NCBI GenBank assembly: GCA_963783375.1
Contig: CAWANH010000028.1
Location: 1,792,001-1,856,000 of the forward strand
Source: Candidatus Eiseniibacteriota bacterium
Lineage (GTDB): Bacteria > Eisenbacteria > RBG-16-71-46 > JABDJR01
Length of the DNA stretch: 64,000 nt
Direction: 5' to 3'
Shown here: positions 44,508 through 56,523 of the stretch, in pieces
How the letters are laid out: each line of letters opens with the position of its first letter
Position numbering within the stretch: position 1 is the first letter of the stretch
Notes under the pieces: model-generated
Seen by the model: the letters and a program-made list of their open reading frames with translations, nothing else
The model's database searches: none
What the model was told of the DNA's origin: nothing
Translations under genes and position numbers: made by a program

Positions 44508-47150
44508 ATGACACGACCGGAAATGCCCAAGACCTACGATCCGCGCGCGACGGAGCCTCGGATCTATGCGCGGTGGGAGGAGGCCGGCGCCTTCGCCGCC
44601 CGCCCCAACCCGGACAAGCATCCCTTCACCATCATGATCCCTCCGCCCAACGTGACCGGGATCCTCCACATGGGGCACGCCCTGGACAACGCGCTCCAGG
44701 ACACCATGATCCGATTCCGGCGGATGCAGGGATTCGAGGCGCTCTGGCAGCCGGGAACCGACCACGCCGGGATCGCCACCCAGAACGCGGTGGAGCGCGC
44801 GCTTCGCGACGAGGGGAAGACCCGCCACGACCTGGGGCGGGAGGCGTTCGTGGAGCGGGTGTGGCAGTGGAAGGAGGAGAAGGGCGGGCACATCCTTCGC
44901 CAGCTTCGCACCCTGGGGGCGTCCGCCGACTGGGATCGCGCCCGGTTCACCATGGACGATGGGCTCTCCGCCGCGGTGGCGGAGGTGTTCGTGCGGCTCT
45001 ACGAGAAGGGGCTCATCTACCGCGGAAACTACATCGTCAACTGGTGCCCGCGCTGCCACACCGCCCTCTCGGACGAGGAGGTGGAGCACACCCAGGAGCA
45101 GTCGAAGCTCTGGTACGTCCGCTACCCCCTGAAGGACGAGCCGGGGCGGTTCGTGACCGTGGCCACCACCCGGCCCGAGACCATGCTCGGGGACACCGCG
45201 GTGGCCATCAACCCCGAGAGCCCCCGGACCGCGCATCTCCGCGGGAAGACCGCGGTGCTCCCCTTCATCGAGCGGGAGCTCCCGATCGTCGAGGACGCCT
45301 ACGTCGAGGCGGATTTCGGGGCCGGGGCGCTCAAGGTGACCCCCGCTCACGACGTGAACGACTTCGAGATCGGAAAACGCCACGACCTCCCTGCGGTCAC
45401 CGTCCTGGACGAGGAAGGGAAGGTGAACGAGAACGGCGGTGAGTTCCGGGGGCTGGACCGCTACGAGGCCCGGAAACGGATCGTGGCCCGCCTGGAGGAG
45501 ATGGGGCTCCTGGAGAAGATCGAGGAGAACCCCAACGCTCTCGGCCGCTGCCACCGGTGCAATACCGTGGTGGAGCCGCGGCTCTCCACCCAGTGGTTCG
45601 TCAGGATGAAGCCGTTGGCCGAGCCGGCCCTGGCCGCCCACCGGAATGGCGACGTCCGCTTCATTCCCGAGCACTGGGGGAAGACCTACACCCACTGGCT
45701 GGAGAACATCCGGGACTGGGTGATCTCCCGCCAGCTCTGGTGGGGGCACCGGATCCCGGTCTGGTACTGCGACGGCTGCGGGAAGGAGATCGTCGCGCGA
45801 ACCGCGCCGGAGGCGTGTCCCGACTGCGGAGAGAGCGAACCGCGCCAGGACCCCGACGTCCTCGACACCTGGTTCTCGTCCTGGCTCTGGCCGTTTTCGA
45901 CCCTGGGCTGGCCCACGGAGACCCCGGACCTGGCCTATTTCTATCCGACCCGCTGGCTCACCACCGGGCCCGACATCATCTTCTTCTGGGTGGCCCGGAT
46001 GATCATGGCCGGGATCGAGTTCACCGGCGCGGTGCCCTTCCGCGAGGTCTACCTCCACGGGATCGTCCGGGACGAGAAGGGGCGGAAGATGTCGAAGAGC
46101 CTCGGGAACAGCCCCGACCCCATCGACATCATCCAGGAGTACGGGGCCGACGCCCTCCGCTTCACCCTGATCGCGCTCACCCCCACCGGTCAGGACGTCC
46201 AGTTCAGCGCCCAGAAGTGCGAGCTGGGGCGAAACTTCGCCAACAAGATCTGGAACGCGAACCGGTTCCTGCTCATGAACCTCGAGGACTACGACCCGAG
46301 GGCCGAGACGGCGGAGCCCGACCTGGCCGACCGCTGGATTCTCTCCCGGCTGGACCGGGTGATCGGGTCGGTGAGCCGGGCGCTGGAGGAGAACCGCTTC
46401 TCCGACGCCGCCTGGGCCCTCTATGATTTCTTCTGGAAGGAGACCTGCGACTGGTACCTGGAGCTGGCCAAGACCCGGCTCTACGGAGACGATCTTCCCG
46501 CGCGGCGCCGGGCCCAGGGAACCGCGGTCACCGTGATGCGGGAGGGGTTGGCGCTGCTCCATCCGCTGTACCCGTTCCTGACCGAGGAGATCTGGGCGTT
46601 CCTCCCCGGCGGCCCGGACGCGTTGATCCGCGCGCGCTGGCCGGAGCCCGCCGGTCGCCTCGACGAGGCGGCGGAGCGGGAGATGGCGCTCCTCCAGGGG
46701 GCGGTCATCGCGATCCGGAACATGCGGGCGGAGATGAACGTGCCGCCGGGAAGCCGGGTGTCGGTGGTGGTGAAGGCCGGGGCCGAGGCGGCCTCGGTGC
46801 TCGAGCGGGGGCGCGCGTTCCTGGAGAGCCTGGCCAGGGTGGAGTCGATGACCGTCGGGCCCGACCTGGCCAAGCCTCCCCAGTCGGCGAGCGCGGTCTT
46901 CGAGGGCACGGAGATCCACCTTCCCCTCAAGGGGTTGATCGATCTCGAGGCCGAGGGCCGGCGGCTGGAGAAGAAGCGGGACGAGCTGACCCGGGGGATC
47001 GAGGCCGCGGACCGGAAGCTGGCCAACCAGCAGTTCGTGGACCGGGCCCCGGCCGAGGTGGTGGCCGCGGAGCGGGAGCGCCGGGAGAGCATGGCCGCGG
47101 ACCTGGAGGCGGTGGAGCGGAACCGGGCCGCGCTCCTGGACGAGAGCTAG
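44508..47150 (+). CDS. valS: Valine--tRNA ligase
   Basis: PPPNVTG.LHMGH (HIGH), ATTRPETMLGD, DWVISRQLWWGHRIP, KMSKS, C-terminal coiled coil. Confidence 0.97.
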   Translation: MTRPEMPKTYDPRATEPRIYARWEEAGAFAARPNPDKHPFTIMIPPPNVTGILHMGHALDNALQDTMIRFRRMQGFEALWQPGTDHAGIATQNAVERALRDEGKTRHDLGREAFVERVWQWKEEKGGHILRQLRTLGASADWDRARFTMDDGLSAAVAEVFVRLYEKGLIYRGNYIVNWCPRCHTALSDEEVEHTQEQSKLWYVRYPLKDEPGRFVTVATTRPETMLGDTAVAINPESPRTAHLRGKTAVLPFIERELPIVEDAYVEADFGAGALKVTPAHDVNDFEIGKRHDLPAVTVLDEEGKVNENGGEFRGLDRYEARKRIVARLEEMGLLEKIEENPNALGRCHRCNTVVEPRLSTQWFVRMKPLAEPALAAHRNGDVRFIPEHWGKTYTHWLENIRDWVISRQLWWGHRIPVWYCDGCGKEIVARTAPEACPDCGESEPRQDPDVLDTWFSSWLWPFSTLGWPTETPDLAYFYPTRWLTTGPDIIFFWVARMIMAGIEFTGAVPFREVYLHGIVRDEKGRKMSKSLGNSPDPIDIIQEYGADALRFTLIALTPTGQDVQFSAQKCELGRNFANKIWNANRFLLMNLEDYDPRAETAEPDLADRWILSRLDRVIGSVSRALEENRFSDAAWALYDFFWKETCDWYLELAKTRLYGDDLPARRRAQGTAVTVMREGLALLHPLYPFLTEEIWAFLPGGPDALIRARWPEPAGRLDEAAEREMALLQGAVIAIRNMRAEMNVPPGSRVSVVVKAGAEAASVLERGRAFLESLARVESMTVGPDLAKPPQSASAVFEGTEIHLPLKGLIDLEAEGRRLEKKRDELTRGIEAADRKLANQQFVDRAPAEVVAAERERRESMAADLEAVERNRAALLDES

Positions 47151-47242
47151 ACCGACCCCCGCGGGGCCGGCGACGGATTTCGAGCGGGCCGATAGACCGG
47201 GAGCGCGCGGTGCGTTCCCGACATCACCGGGAGGTGATCCTC

Positions 47243-48649
47243 ATGAAGACGTTGAACGTGAATCGCAAGCACTCGTTCGTCGCCGCGGCGGCCCTGGCCG
47301 TCCTGTTCCTCGCCGGGGGTGTGGCCTTGGCCGCTCCCGGCGGGAGCGCCGAACACGAATCGGTGTCCCTGACCGTCTACAACCAGAACTTCGCCCTGGT
47401 GAAGGACGTCCGCGTCCTGGATCTGGTCAAGGGGAACCAGGAGAAGCGGATCGACGACGTGGCCGCCTCGATCGATGCCACCTCGGTCCACTTCGCCGCC
47501 CTCGATCATCCCGGGGACGTCGCGGTGCTGGAGCAGAACTTCCAGTACGACCTGGCCTCGGCCGACCGGTTGCTCGACCGCTACCTGAACCTGAAGGTCA
47601 CCGCGGTGCTCAAGGATGGGACCACCCGGGAGGGGACCCTCCTCTCCCATGACGGAAACTCACTGGTTCTCGCGGCCGACGCCGGCGGAGCGGTGCTGGT
47701 GAACCGCGCCGAGGTGCGCGACGTCCGGCTGGGGGAGATCCCCGGCGGATTGGTGGTGAAGCCCACCCTGGTCTGGACCCTGGCCAGCGACCGCGCCGGG
47801 AAGGAGCGGGCGGAGATCTCCTACCTCACCGACAACGTCAACTGGCACGCGGAGTACGTGGCGGTGGTGAACCAGAAGGACACCGGCTTGAAGCTCGACG
47901 GATGGGTGTCCCTGGACAACAAGTCCGGGGCGACCTACCGGAACGCCAAGCTGAAGCTGGTGGCCGGGGACGTCCACCGGGTCCAGCCGGAGCAGCCGAT
48001 CCGACCCATGGTCTCGGACATGATGCAGATGAAGGCGGCGGGGGCCCCCCAGTTCGAGGAGCACCCGTTCTTCGAGTACCACATCTACACCCTCGAGCGC
48101 CCGGCCACGGTGGCCGACCGCGAGACCAAGCAGCTCTCGCTCTTTCCTTCCGCCGTCGCCTCGGCCCGGAAGGTCTTCACCTACGACGGCCAGCGGAACC
48201 CCAAGGACGTCACGGTGGAGATGGAGTTCGCCAACGCCAAGGACAACGGCCTGGGGATGGCGCTACCGGCGGGAAAGGTCCGGGTGTTCAAGGAGGACGC
48301 GGACGGATCGCTGGAGTTCGTGGGGGAGGACGCCATCGACCACACCCCCCGGGACGAGAAGGTGCGGGTGTACCTGGGGAACGCCTTCGACGTGGTGGGG
48401 GAGCGGACCCAGACCGACTTCCAGCGGATCTCCAACCGGACCACCGAGCAGAGCGTGAAAATCGAGGTCAGGAACCACAAGAAGGAGGCGATCCGGGTCA
48501 CGGTGGTGGAGCACGTCTCCGGGGACTGGACGATCACCCAGAAGAGCCAGGACTTCGAGAAGAAGGACGCCCGGACGATCGAGTTCACGGTTCCGGTGGC
48601 CGCCGACGGAACCGCGACCGTGACCTATACCGTGCGGACCACGAACTAG
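47243..48649 (+). CDS. DUF4139-domain secreted protein
   Basis: Signal peptide, LTVYNQNFALVKD.R, EQNFQYDL, W.A.Y, LVAGDVHRV, LGMALPAGKVRV, LGNAFDV. Confidence 0.8.
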   Translation: MKTLNVNRKHSFVAAAALAVLFLAGGVALAAPGGSAEHESVSLTVYNQNFALVKDVRVLDLVKGNQEKRIDDVAASIDATSVHFAALDHPGDVAVLEQNFQYDLASADRLLDRYLNLKVTAVLKDGTTREGTLLSHDGNSLVLAADAGGAVLVNRAEVRDVRLGEIPGGLVVKPTLVWTLASDRAGKERAEISYLTDNVNWHAEYVAVVNQKDTGLKLDGWVSLDNKSGATYRNAKLKLVAGDVHRVQPEQPIRPMVSDMMQMKAAGAPQFEEHPFFEYHIYTLERPATVADRETKQLSLFPSAVASARKVFTYDGQRNPKDVTVEMEFANAKDNGLGMALPAGKVRVFKEDADGSLEFVGEDAIDHTPRDEKVRVYLGNAFDVVGERTQTDFQRISNRTTEQSVKIEVRNHKKEAIRVTVVEHVSGDWTITQKSQDFEKKDARTIEFTVPVAADGTATVTYTVRTTN

Positions 48650-48679
48650 CCGGAATCCCGCCGCTCCGGACGACGCAGA

Positions 48680-48720
48680 GAACCGCCCCAGGGGTGACCC
48701 CCCCGGGGCGGTTCGCGTTT
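48680..48720. terminator. Hairpin terminator between convergent genes
   Basis: GAACCGCCCCAGGGG...CCCCCGGGGCGGTTC. Confidence 0.6.
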
Positions 48721-48770
48721 CGAGCCGGAACCGGGCGCGGGCCCCGGAGATGACGGCGTTCCACGACTCC

Positions 48771-49376
48771 CTACTGGAGCTTCGACGCCTCCCGCCTGGC
48801 CAGGGGGATCAGGTCCTCGGCGAGGATCCCCGGCGCGCTCGCGCATCCCGCGTATTCGCGGTCGAAGGTCGCATCCACCGTGACCACGATGTTGCAGGGG
48901 ATCTCGTTCACGCACTGCTCGGAGGGACCGCTCACCGTGATGCTGCTGGTGGCGGTCATGGTGAAGTGGGTGTCGCTCAGCACCGTGATCTTCCCGGTGA
49001 TGGTGGTGGTGGTGATGCAGGGCTCGGTGGTGTCGGCGTAGGTGCACGTGAAATCGATGTGATCCGAGGCCTCGGTGACCGAGCAGGAGCCCAGCTCCCC
49101 GTCACTGAAGTCCGTGATGCTCTCGCCGTTGGGATCGCACACCGTATCCGCAAAGGTCTGGTTCAGGCCGGGGATCTGGTTGCAGACCCCGCCCCCGGTG
49201 TAGGAACCGGTCAGGTGGGCGTTCCAGATCCCGGCCTTGATGTTGAGGTTCTCGAAGGTGCCGGGGTCCACCCCGCCGCTGCTCCCGTTCTTGTTGTCGT
49301 TCCCCCCGCAACCCAGGGCGACGGCGACGGCGAGGACGGGAATCGAGGCCAGAAGGAGTCGGGTCATGAGCTTCAT
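48771..49376 (-). CDS. Cys-rich lipoprotein, paralog 3
   Basis: Lipobox ALGC; IKAGIW; 8 further Cys; GGAGG RBS. Confidence 0.8.
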   Translation of the reverse strand: MKLMTRLLLASIPVLAVAVALGCGGNDNKNGSSGGVDPGTFENLNIKAGIWNAHLTGSYTGGGVCNQIPGLNQTFADTVCDPNGESITDFSDGELGSCSVTEASDHIDFTCTYADTTEPCITTTTITGKITVLSDTHFTMTATSSITVSGPSEQCVNEIPCNIVVTVDATFDREYAGCASAPGILAEDLIPLARREASKLQ

Positions 49377-49430
49377 GGGGGGATACCTCCATCGGGTGGG
49401 CGGAATGGGATGGGTGGGCCTGAGGCGTCG

Positions 49431-49458
49431 ATACTACGGAGATCGAATCGGATTGCAA
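49431..49458 (-). promoter_or_regulatory. Sigma-70-like promoter for paralog 3
   Basis: TTGCAA-16 nt-TAGTAT on the minus strand. Confidence 0.4.
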
Positions 49459-49550
49459 GAGGGCTCCCGGGTTCTCGGCAAGGCGGAGTCCGCGGAATAC
49501 CGAACCCGTGGGGATCGGGGACGGCAAGGGCGGCCCCGCGCGGCCGACGG

Positions 49551-50156
49551 CTACGGCGCGGGAATCACCCGGGCCAGAACCGAGTCCAGGAGCCGGCTCA
49601 CCCGCTCCGGGCTTGCGGAGAGCGTATCGGATGGGCAGCCCTCGGCCCCATCGCTGCTCATCCAGGTCCCCGTCACCACCGCGTGGGCGGTGCAATCCGA
49701 AACGTAGCTCCTGTACACCGAGCAGGGGGGGTCGGGTCCGGTGAGGGTCTCGCGCTGATCGGTGGTGATGGTGAAGGTGGTGTCGGTCACCGTCCCCTGG
49801 CCGCTCAGCTCGATCAGGATCTTGCAGGGATCCACGTTGGACACCGTCCCGGTGCAGTCGAAGGTGAAGCTCTCCCCGTCCAGGTTGACGTCGCAGGCGA
49901 ACCGGAACGCGCCCCCCCCGGCGGTGAAATCGACCCCGCAGAGGGTGTCGGAGACGGTCTGGGTGACCGGGGACTTGGCCGCGCAGGAGTCGGCCCCGGT
50001 GTAGGTCACCACGCTCACCACCTCCCAGGTTCCGTTGCGGACGTCCACGGTGGTGGGCGTCTTCGGGGTGGAACTCGACCCGCCCCCGCAGCCGATCGCC
50101 GCCGCCGCGGCCAGGAGCAGGAGGGTCCGTCCGATCCGTATCAACCTGTGGGTCAT
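49551..50156 (-). CDS. Cys-rich lipoprotein, paralog 2
   Basis: Lipobox AIGC; VRNGTW; 8 further Cys; start MTHRL inferred. Confidence 0.8.
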   Translation of the reverse strand: MTHRLIRIGRTLLLLAAAAAIGCGGGSSSTPKTPTTVDVRNGTWEVVSVVTYTGADSCAAKSPVTQTVSDTLCGVDFTAGGGAFRFACDVNLDGESFTFDCTGTVSNVDPCKILIELSGQGTVTDTTFTITTDQRETLTGPDPPCSVYRSYVSDCTAHAVVTGTWMSSDGAEGCPSDTLSASPERVSRLLDSVLARVIPAP

Positions 50157-50203
50157 GCGTTGCCTTTCGCCGATTCCGGGGTCTTCGCCCCCCCTTCGGG
50201 TCC

Positions 50204-50716
50204 TCACGATCCGCTCGAGCAGGGCCCGGGATCCTTCCACTGGCCGGTCAGGTTCACCAGATAGGTGCAGGCGGGGGTTCCGTTCGAGGCCACCTCGACC
50301 GTCATGTTGACCGAGAAGTACTCACGATTCTGGGCGATCACCCCGGAGCCGCTCCCGCTGTAGCTGATCACCGCCGTCCCCACCTGGTAGCTCCCGTTGC
50401 AGTTGCCGGTAATCTGGCTCCCGCTCACCGAGAAGGTGCAGTTGATCCCGAACCCCTTGGCCTGCTGGGCGAGGTCGATCCCGTCGCAGAAGGCCAGGCT
50501 CCGCTGGTCGGGCTGGATGGGGATGCACGATCCCGACTGGCTGGTGAAGGTCATGGCCAGATCCCAGTTCCCGGGCTTGACGTCCAGCACCGCGGCCTTC
50601 TCGTTCCCGTTTCCCCCCGGGTCGGTCACCCCGCCTCCGCTTCCGTTGCAGGCGGCGAGCAGGGGAAGGACGGCGGCCAGGGCGAGGAGGAACATCCGGG
50701 TCCGGGTTCGCTTCAT
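50204..50716 (-). CDS. Cys-rich lipoprotein, paralog 1
   Basis: Lipobox LAAC; VKPGNW; 6 further Cys; AAGGAG RBS. Confidence 0.8.
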   Translation of the reverse strand: MKRTRTRMFLLALAAVLPLLAACNGSGGGVTDPGGNGNEKAAVLDVKPGNWDLAMTFTSQSGSCIPIQPDQRSLAFCDGIDLAQQAKGFGINCTFSVSGSQITGNCNGSYQVGTAVISYSGSGSGVIAQNREYFSVNMTVEVASNGTPACTYLVNLTGQWKDPGPCSSGS

Positions 50717-50858
50717 GACGGCTCCTTCGAGCGGTGGTCGAGGTCTCGGCGGCGCCCCACCGGGAGCGTCCCGAATCGTGAACGGACGATTCTGACCGCT
50801 CCCCGTGGGGTTTGTCCACTGTCACCGGTCATCGGCCGGGTCGTATACTCTCTTGCCC

Positions 50859-52874
<2,016 letters not shown>

Positions 52875-52924
52875 GGCAGTTCGCCCCCGCGGACCCGGGC
52901 CGCCCGGGGAGGAAGGAACGGATC

Positions 52925-53827
52925 ATGACCGCGCGCACCGCCTCGGCCCTCGCCGGGATCCTGGCCGCCATCGTCGCCCTCGCGCCGGAGGGAGGGGCCT
53001 CGGGGGCCGCTCCCCCCGAGCCCTATCCCATGGCGAGCGGGTGGGCTTCCCGTCCCGCTTTCGCCGACGGAAAGGCCGAGGTGAACACCTACCGGGCGGT
53101 TCTCCACCGCGAGGGGGCGGACCGGGAGACCCGGGTCTACACCCTCCTGGTGGCCGAAGACCTGGATCCCGGTCTCCTGGTCAAGGCCGACGACTGGAAA
53201 CGCCCCGGGCTGCTGCGCGCGTTCAAGTACGCGGTCCAGGCCGACACCCAGGTGGGGATGGCCCGCTACCGGGAATCGGTGAACGTGTTCTTCCAGGCGG
53301 ACGGGTGGCGTCCGGTGAAGCTGGTCCACGCCCACGAGGACTGGTGCGGCATCACCTCCGAGCTCTATGAGAACTTCGGCGACCGGAAGACCTTCCGCTG
53401 GACGAGCTACTGGGAGAAGGACGGAGGCTTCGGGGAGCGCACCCCCGAGGTCTCGGCCCGGGCCGTCCCCGCCGATGCGCTACCCGCCTGGGTGCGGGGG
53501 CTGGATCTCCACGACGGGCTGGCCTTCGACGTGGAGCTCCTCCCGAGCCTCGAGGGCTCCAAGGTCCCCGCCTTCGAGCCCGCCACCGCCCGGCTCACCG
53601 TCACCGGCCCGGTGGACGTGACCGTTCCCGCGGGGACCTTCTCCTCCTGGGAAGTGCGGATCGGGACCGGGTCCGGAGGCTTCGAGGCCGCGGTGGAGGC
53701 CGCGTTCCCCAACCGGGTGGTACGGTGGACGGACGGCAAGGGCCAGACCTTCGCCCTGGAGAAATCCCAGCGGGTGGCCTACTGGGACAAGAACGCCCCC
53801 GGCGACGAGAGCCTGCTTCGGCCCTGA
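52925..53827 (+). CDS. Secreted hypothetical protein
   Basis: Signal peptide; DGKAEVNTY, EDWCG, SYWE, R.AYW; GGAGG RBS. Confidence 0.7.
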   Translation: MTARTASALAGILAAIVALAPEGGASGAAPPEPYPMASGWASRPAFADGKAEVNTYRAVLHREGADRETRVYTLLVAEDLDPGLLVKADDWKRPGLLRAFKYAVQADTQVGMARYRESVNVFFQADGWRPVKLVHAHEDWCGITSELYENFGDRKTFRWTSYWEKDGGFGERTPEVSARAVPADALPAWVRGLDLHDGLAFDVELLPSLEGSKVPAFEPATARLTVTGPVDVTVPAGTFSSWEVRIGTGSGGFEAAVEAAFPNRVVRWTDGKGQTFALEKSQRVAYWDKNAPGDESLLRP

Positions 53828-53867
53828 TTCCCGCGGGAACCCTCCGGGGCCCGCAAGGAGGAGTTCC

Positions 53868-54683
53868 ATGACCGTGAAACCGACCCTGGCCGCCCTCGCC
53901 GCGCTCTGCCTGCTGGGGGCCGGCGCCGCCCGCGGCGCCGAAACCCCCGAGGCGACGGCGTCCTCCCCCAAGGCCGAGAAGATCGTCCGGAAGATGATCG
54001 AGGCCCACGGAGGGATGGATCGCTGGACGAACGCCCCCACCGTGAGCTTCACCGACGAGATCATCCCCGCCTCGAGCCGCGAGGGCCGGCGCATGCACGT
54101 GACGGTGGAGCAGGGCCCCCGCCGGGTGTTCATCGACGTCCCGGGGAGCGGGGCCAGCCTGGCCTGGGACGGGGAAAAGGCCTGGAGCGTGAACTGGAAG
54201 AGCCCGATTCCCCCGCGGTTCCTGGTGCAGCTCGACTACTACTTCCTCTGCCTGCCGTGGCTCACCCAGGACGACGGGGTGATCCTCGGTCCGCCGGGAA
54301 CCGCCCGCCTCTGGGACGACCCCACCGAGTACGTCACCGTGCGCATGACCTTCGCCGCCGGGGTGGGGGACACTCCCCGGGATTACTATCTCCTCTACAT
54401 CGATCCCGAGAGCCATCTGCTCAAGGCCTGCGAGTACATCGTCACCTACGCCGCCCTCCTTCCCCCCGGGGTGGAGCACACGCCGCCCCATACCCTGGTG
54501 GTCGACGACTACGTCGAGGTCGACGGGCTCCGGGTTCCCACCGGCTACACCACCTACACCGCCGATCATCGGGAGTATCTCCACTGCACGGTTTCGGACT
54601 GGTCCTTCAGCAAACCCTTCGACGCCTCGCGGATGGTCATGCCCGAGGGAGCGGTGGTGGACACCACCAGCCCGACCCGCTGA
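53868..54683 (+). CDS. Secreted hypothetical protein (DUF6503-like)
   Basis: Signal peptide; MIEAHGGMDRW, YYFLCLPW, GDTPRDYY.LYID; AGGAGGAG RBS. Confidence 0.65.
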   Translation: MTVKPTLAALAALCLLGAGAARGAETPEATASSPKAEKIVRKMIEAHGGMDRWTNAPTVSFTDEIIPASSREGRRMHVTVEQGPRRVFIDVPGSGASLAWDGEKAWSVNWKSPIPPRFLVQLDYYFLCLPWLTQDDGVILGPPGTARLWDDPTEYVTVRMTFAAGVGDTPRDYYLLYIDPESHLLKACEYIVTYAALLPPGVEHTPPHTLVVDDYVEVDGLRVPTGYTTYTADHREYLHCTVSDWSFSKPFDASRMVMPEGAVVDTTSPTR

Positions 54684-54765
54684 GCCGCCCACCGGCTCCC
54701 TGGCCGGCGGCGGCCGGATCGGACCGGGTCCCCGTCCGCGGGCTTCCTCGTGTAGGATTCGGGGC

Positions 54766-55665
54766 ATGAGCGCGTCCATGCCCGATCTGAAGCTCGTCCT
54801 CCCCCTCGTCGAGGCCGCCCTGGCCGAGGACGTGGGGCGGGGCGACGCCACCACCGAGGCCACCGTCCCCGAGGGCGCTCCGGCCCTGGCCGAGATCCGG
54901 GCCAAGGAGGCGGGGGTGGTGTGCGGGTTGGCCGTGGCCCGGGCGGTGTTCGCCCGGCTGGACGACCGGGTGGTCTTCGAAGCGGACGCCGCCGACGGCG
55001 ACCGGGTGGCCCCCGGGACGGTGGTGGCCCGCCTTCGCGGGCCGGCCCGCGCGCTCCTCACCGGGGAGCGCACGGCCCTGAACTTCCTCCAGCACCTCTC
55101 GGGGATCGCCACCGCCACCCGGCGGGCGGCGGACCTCCTGGAGGGGACCGGGGTGCGGATCCTCGATACCCGGAAGACGGTTCCCGCCATGCGGGTCCTG
55201 GCCAAGTACGCGGTCCGCTGCGGCGGGGGGACGAACCACCGCCAGGGTCTCTTCGACATGGTCCTGATCAAGGAGAACCACATCGCCGCCGCGGGGGGGA
55301 TCACCGCCGCGGTGGCCCGGGCCCGCAAGGCCCATCCCGAGCTGGCCCTGGAGGTCGAGGTCACCAACCTGGACGAGCTGGCCGAGGCTCTGGCCGCGGG
55401 GCCCGACCGGGTGCTTCTCGACAACTTCGACCCCGGGAAGGTCCGTGAGGCGGTGGCGGCCATCGCCGCCTGGTCGGCCGAGCCCGGACGAAGCCGCCCC
55501 GAGGTGGAGCTCTCCGGCCGCATCACCCCCGAGACCGCCCTCGACTACGCCGTCCCCGGCGTGGACTTCATCTCCTCGGGCGCGCTCACCCATTCGGTCC
55601 GGGCCCTGGATCTCTCCCTGGATCTCCGCCTGGCCCCGGACGGCGCCTCGGTGGGCGGCCCCTGA
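54766..55665 (+). CDS. nadC: Nicotinate-nucleotide pyrophosphorylase (carboxylating)
   Basis: ERTALNFLQHLSGIAT, DTRKT, NHRQGL.D..LIKENH, LLDNF, GALTHS. Confidence 0.96.
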   Translation: MSASMPDLKLVLPLVEAALAEDVGRGDATTEATVPEGAPALAEIRAKEAGVVCGLAVARAVFARLDDRVVFEADAADGDRVAPGTVVARLRGPARALLTGERTALNFLQHLSGIATATRRAADLLEGTGVRILDTRKTVPAMRVLAKYAVRCGGGTNHRQGLFDMVLIKENHIAAAGGITAAVARARKAHPELALEVEVTNLDELAEALAAGPDRVLLDNFDPGKVREAVAAIAAWSAEPGRSRPEVELSGRITPETALDYAVPGVDFISSGALTHSVRALDLSLDLRLAPDGASVGGP

Positions 55666-56462
55666 TGCAGCTCACCGCGGCCAACCTGCAACTCGCATTT
55701 CGGAACTCGGACTTCGTCCGCCATTTCTTCTTCTACCCGTCCATCGGCTCCACCAACGACAAGGCCAAGGCGCTGGCCCAGGTCGGGACCGAGGAGGGCA
55801 CCCTGGTGGTGGCCGACGCCCAGACCTCGGGGCGGGGAAGGCTGGCCCGGAACTGGTTCTCTCCGGCCGGGCTCGGTCTCTACGTCTCGATCATCTTCCG
55901 CCCCCAGGTGCCGGCGGAGTCCGCCTCCGGGATCCTGATGGCCGTCACCCTGGCCGCGGCGGAGGCGGTGGAGAGCGAGCGCATCGGCGGGGTGGTGGGG
56001 ATCAAGTGGCCCAACGACCTCATGATGGAAGGGCGGAAGCTGGGGGGGATCCTCTGTGAGATGGGGGTCCAGGGCGGGGTGCTGGAGTGGTGCGTGGCCG
56101 GGCTGGGCCTGAACGTGAACCATACCCCCAAGGACTTTCCGGCCGAGATCCGGGAAAAGGCGGTGTCGGTGCGCGAGCTCTGCCACCGGCGCCTGGACCG
56201 CCTGGCCATCCTGCTCCGGCTGGTGGAGCGGGCCTCGGCCAACTACGATCTCTTCCGCCGGGAGGGGACCGAGGCCCTGGCTCCCGCCTGGCGCCGCCGT
56301 TCCTCCATCCTGGGACGCGAGGTGCGGGTGGAGACCTCGGGCGAGGTGGTGGTGGGAACCGCGGTGGGGATCGAGCCCGACGGCGCGCTCCGGGTCCGGC
56401 TGGAGAGCGGCTCCGAGGAGGTCCTCCACGTGGGGGACGTCCACCTCGTCCAGGTGCGTTGA
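55665..56462 (+). CDS. birA: Biotin--[acetyl-CoA-carboxylase] ligase (no N-terminal HTH)
   Basis: STND, QTSGRGR..RNWFS, KWPND, KLGGIL. Confidence 0.93.
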   Translation: MQLTAANLQLAFRNSDFVRHFFFYPSIGSTNDKAKALAQVGTEEGTLVVADAQTSGRGRLARNWFSPAGLGLYVSIIFRPQVPAESASGILMAVTLAAAEAVESERIGGVVGIKWPNDLMMEGRKLGGILCEMGVQGGVLEWCVAGLGLNVNHTPKDFPAEIREKAVSVRELCHRRLDRLAILLRLVERASANYDLFRREGTEALAPAWRRRSSILGREVRVETSGEVVVGTAVGIEPDGALRVRLESGSEEVLHVGDVHLVQVR

Positions 56463-56523
56463 TCGACCCCGACCCGGCTCCCCGGCCCTTCGGAGAGTCG
56501 ATCCGAGAGGAACTTCACCGGCC

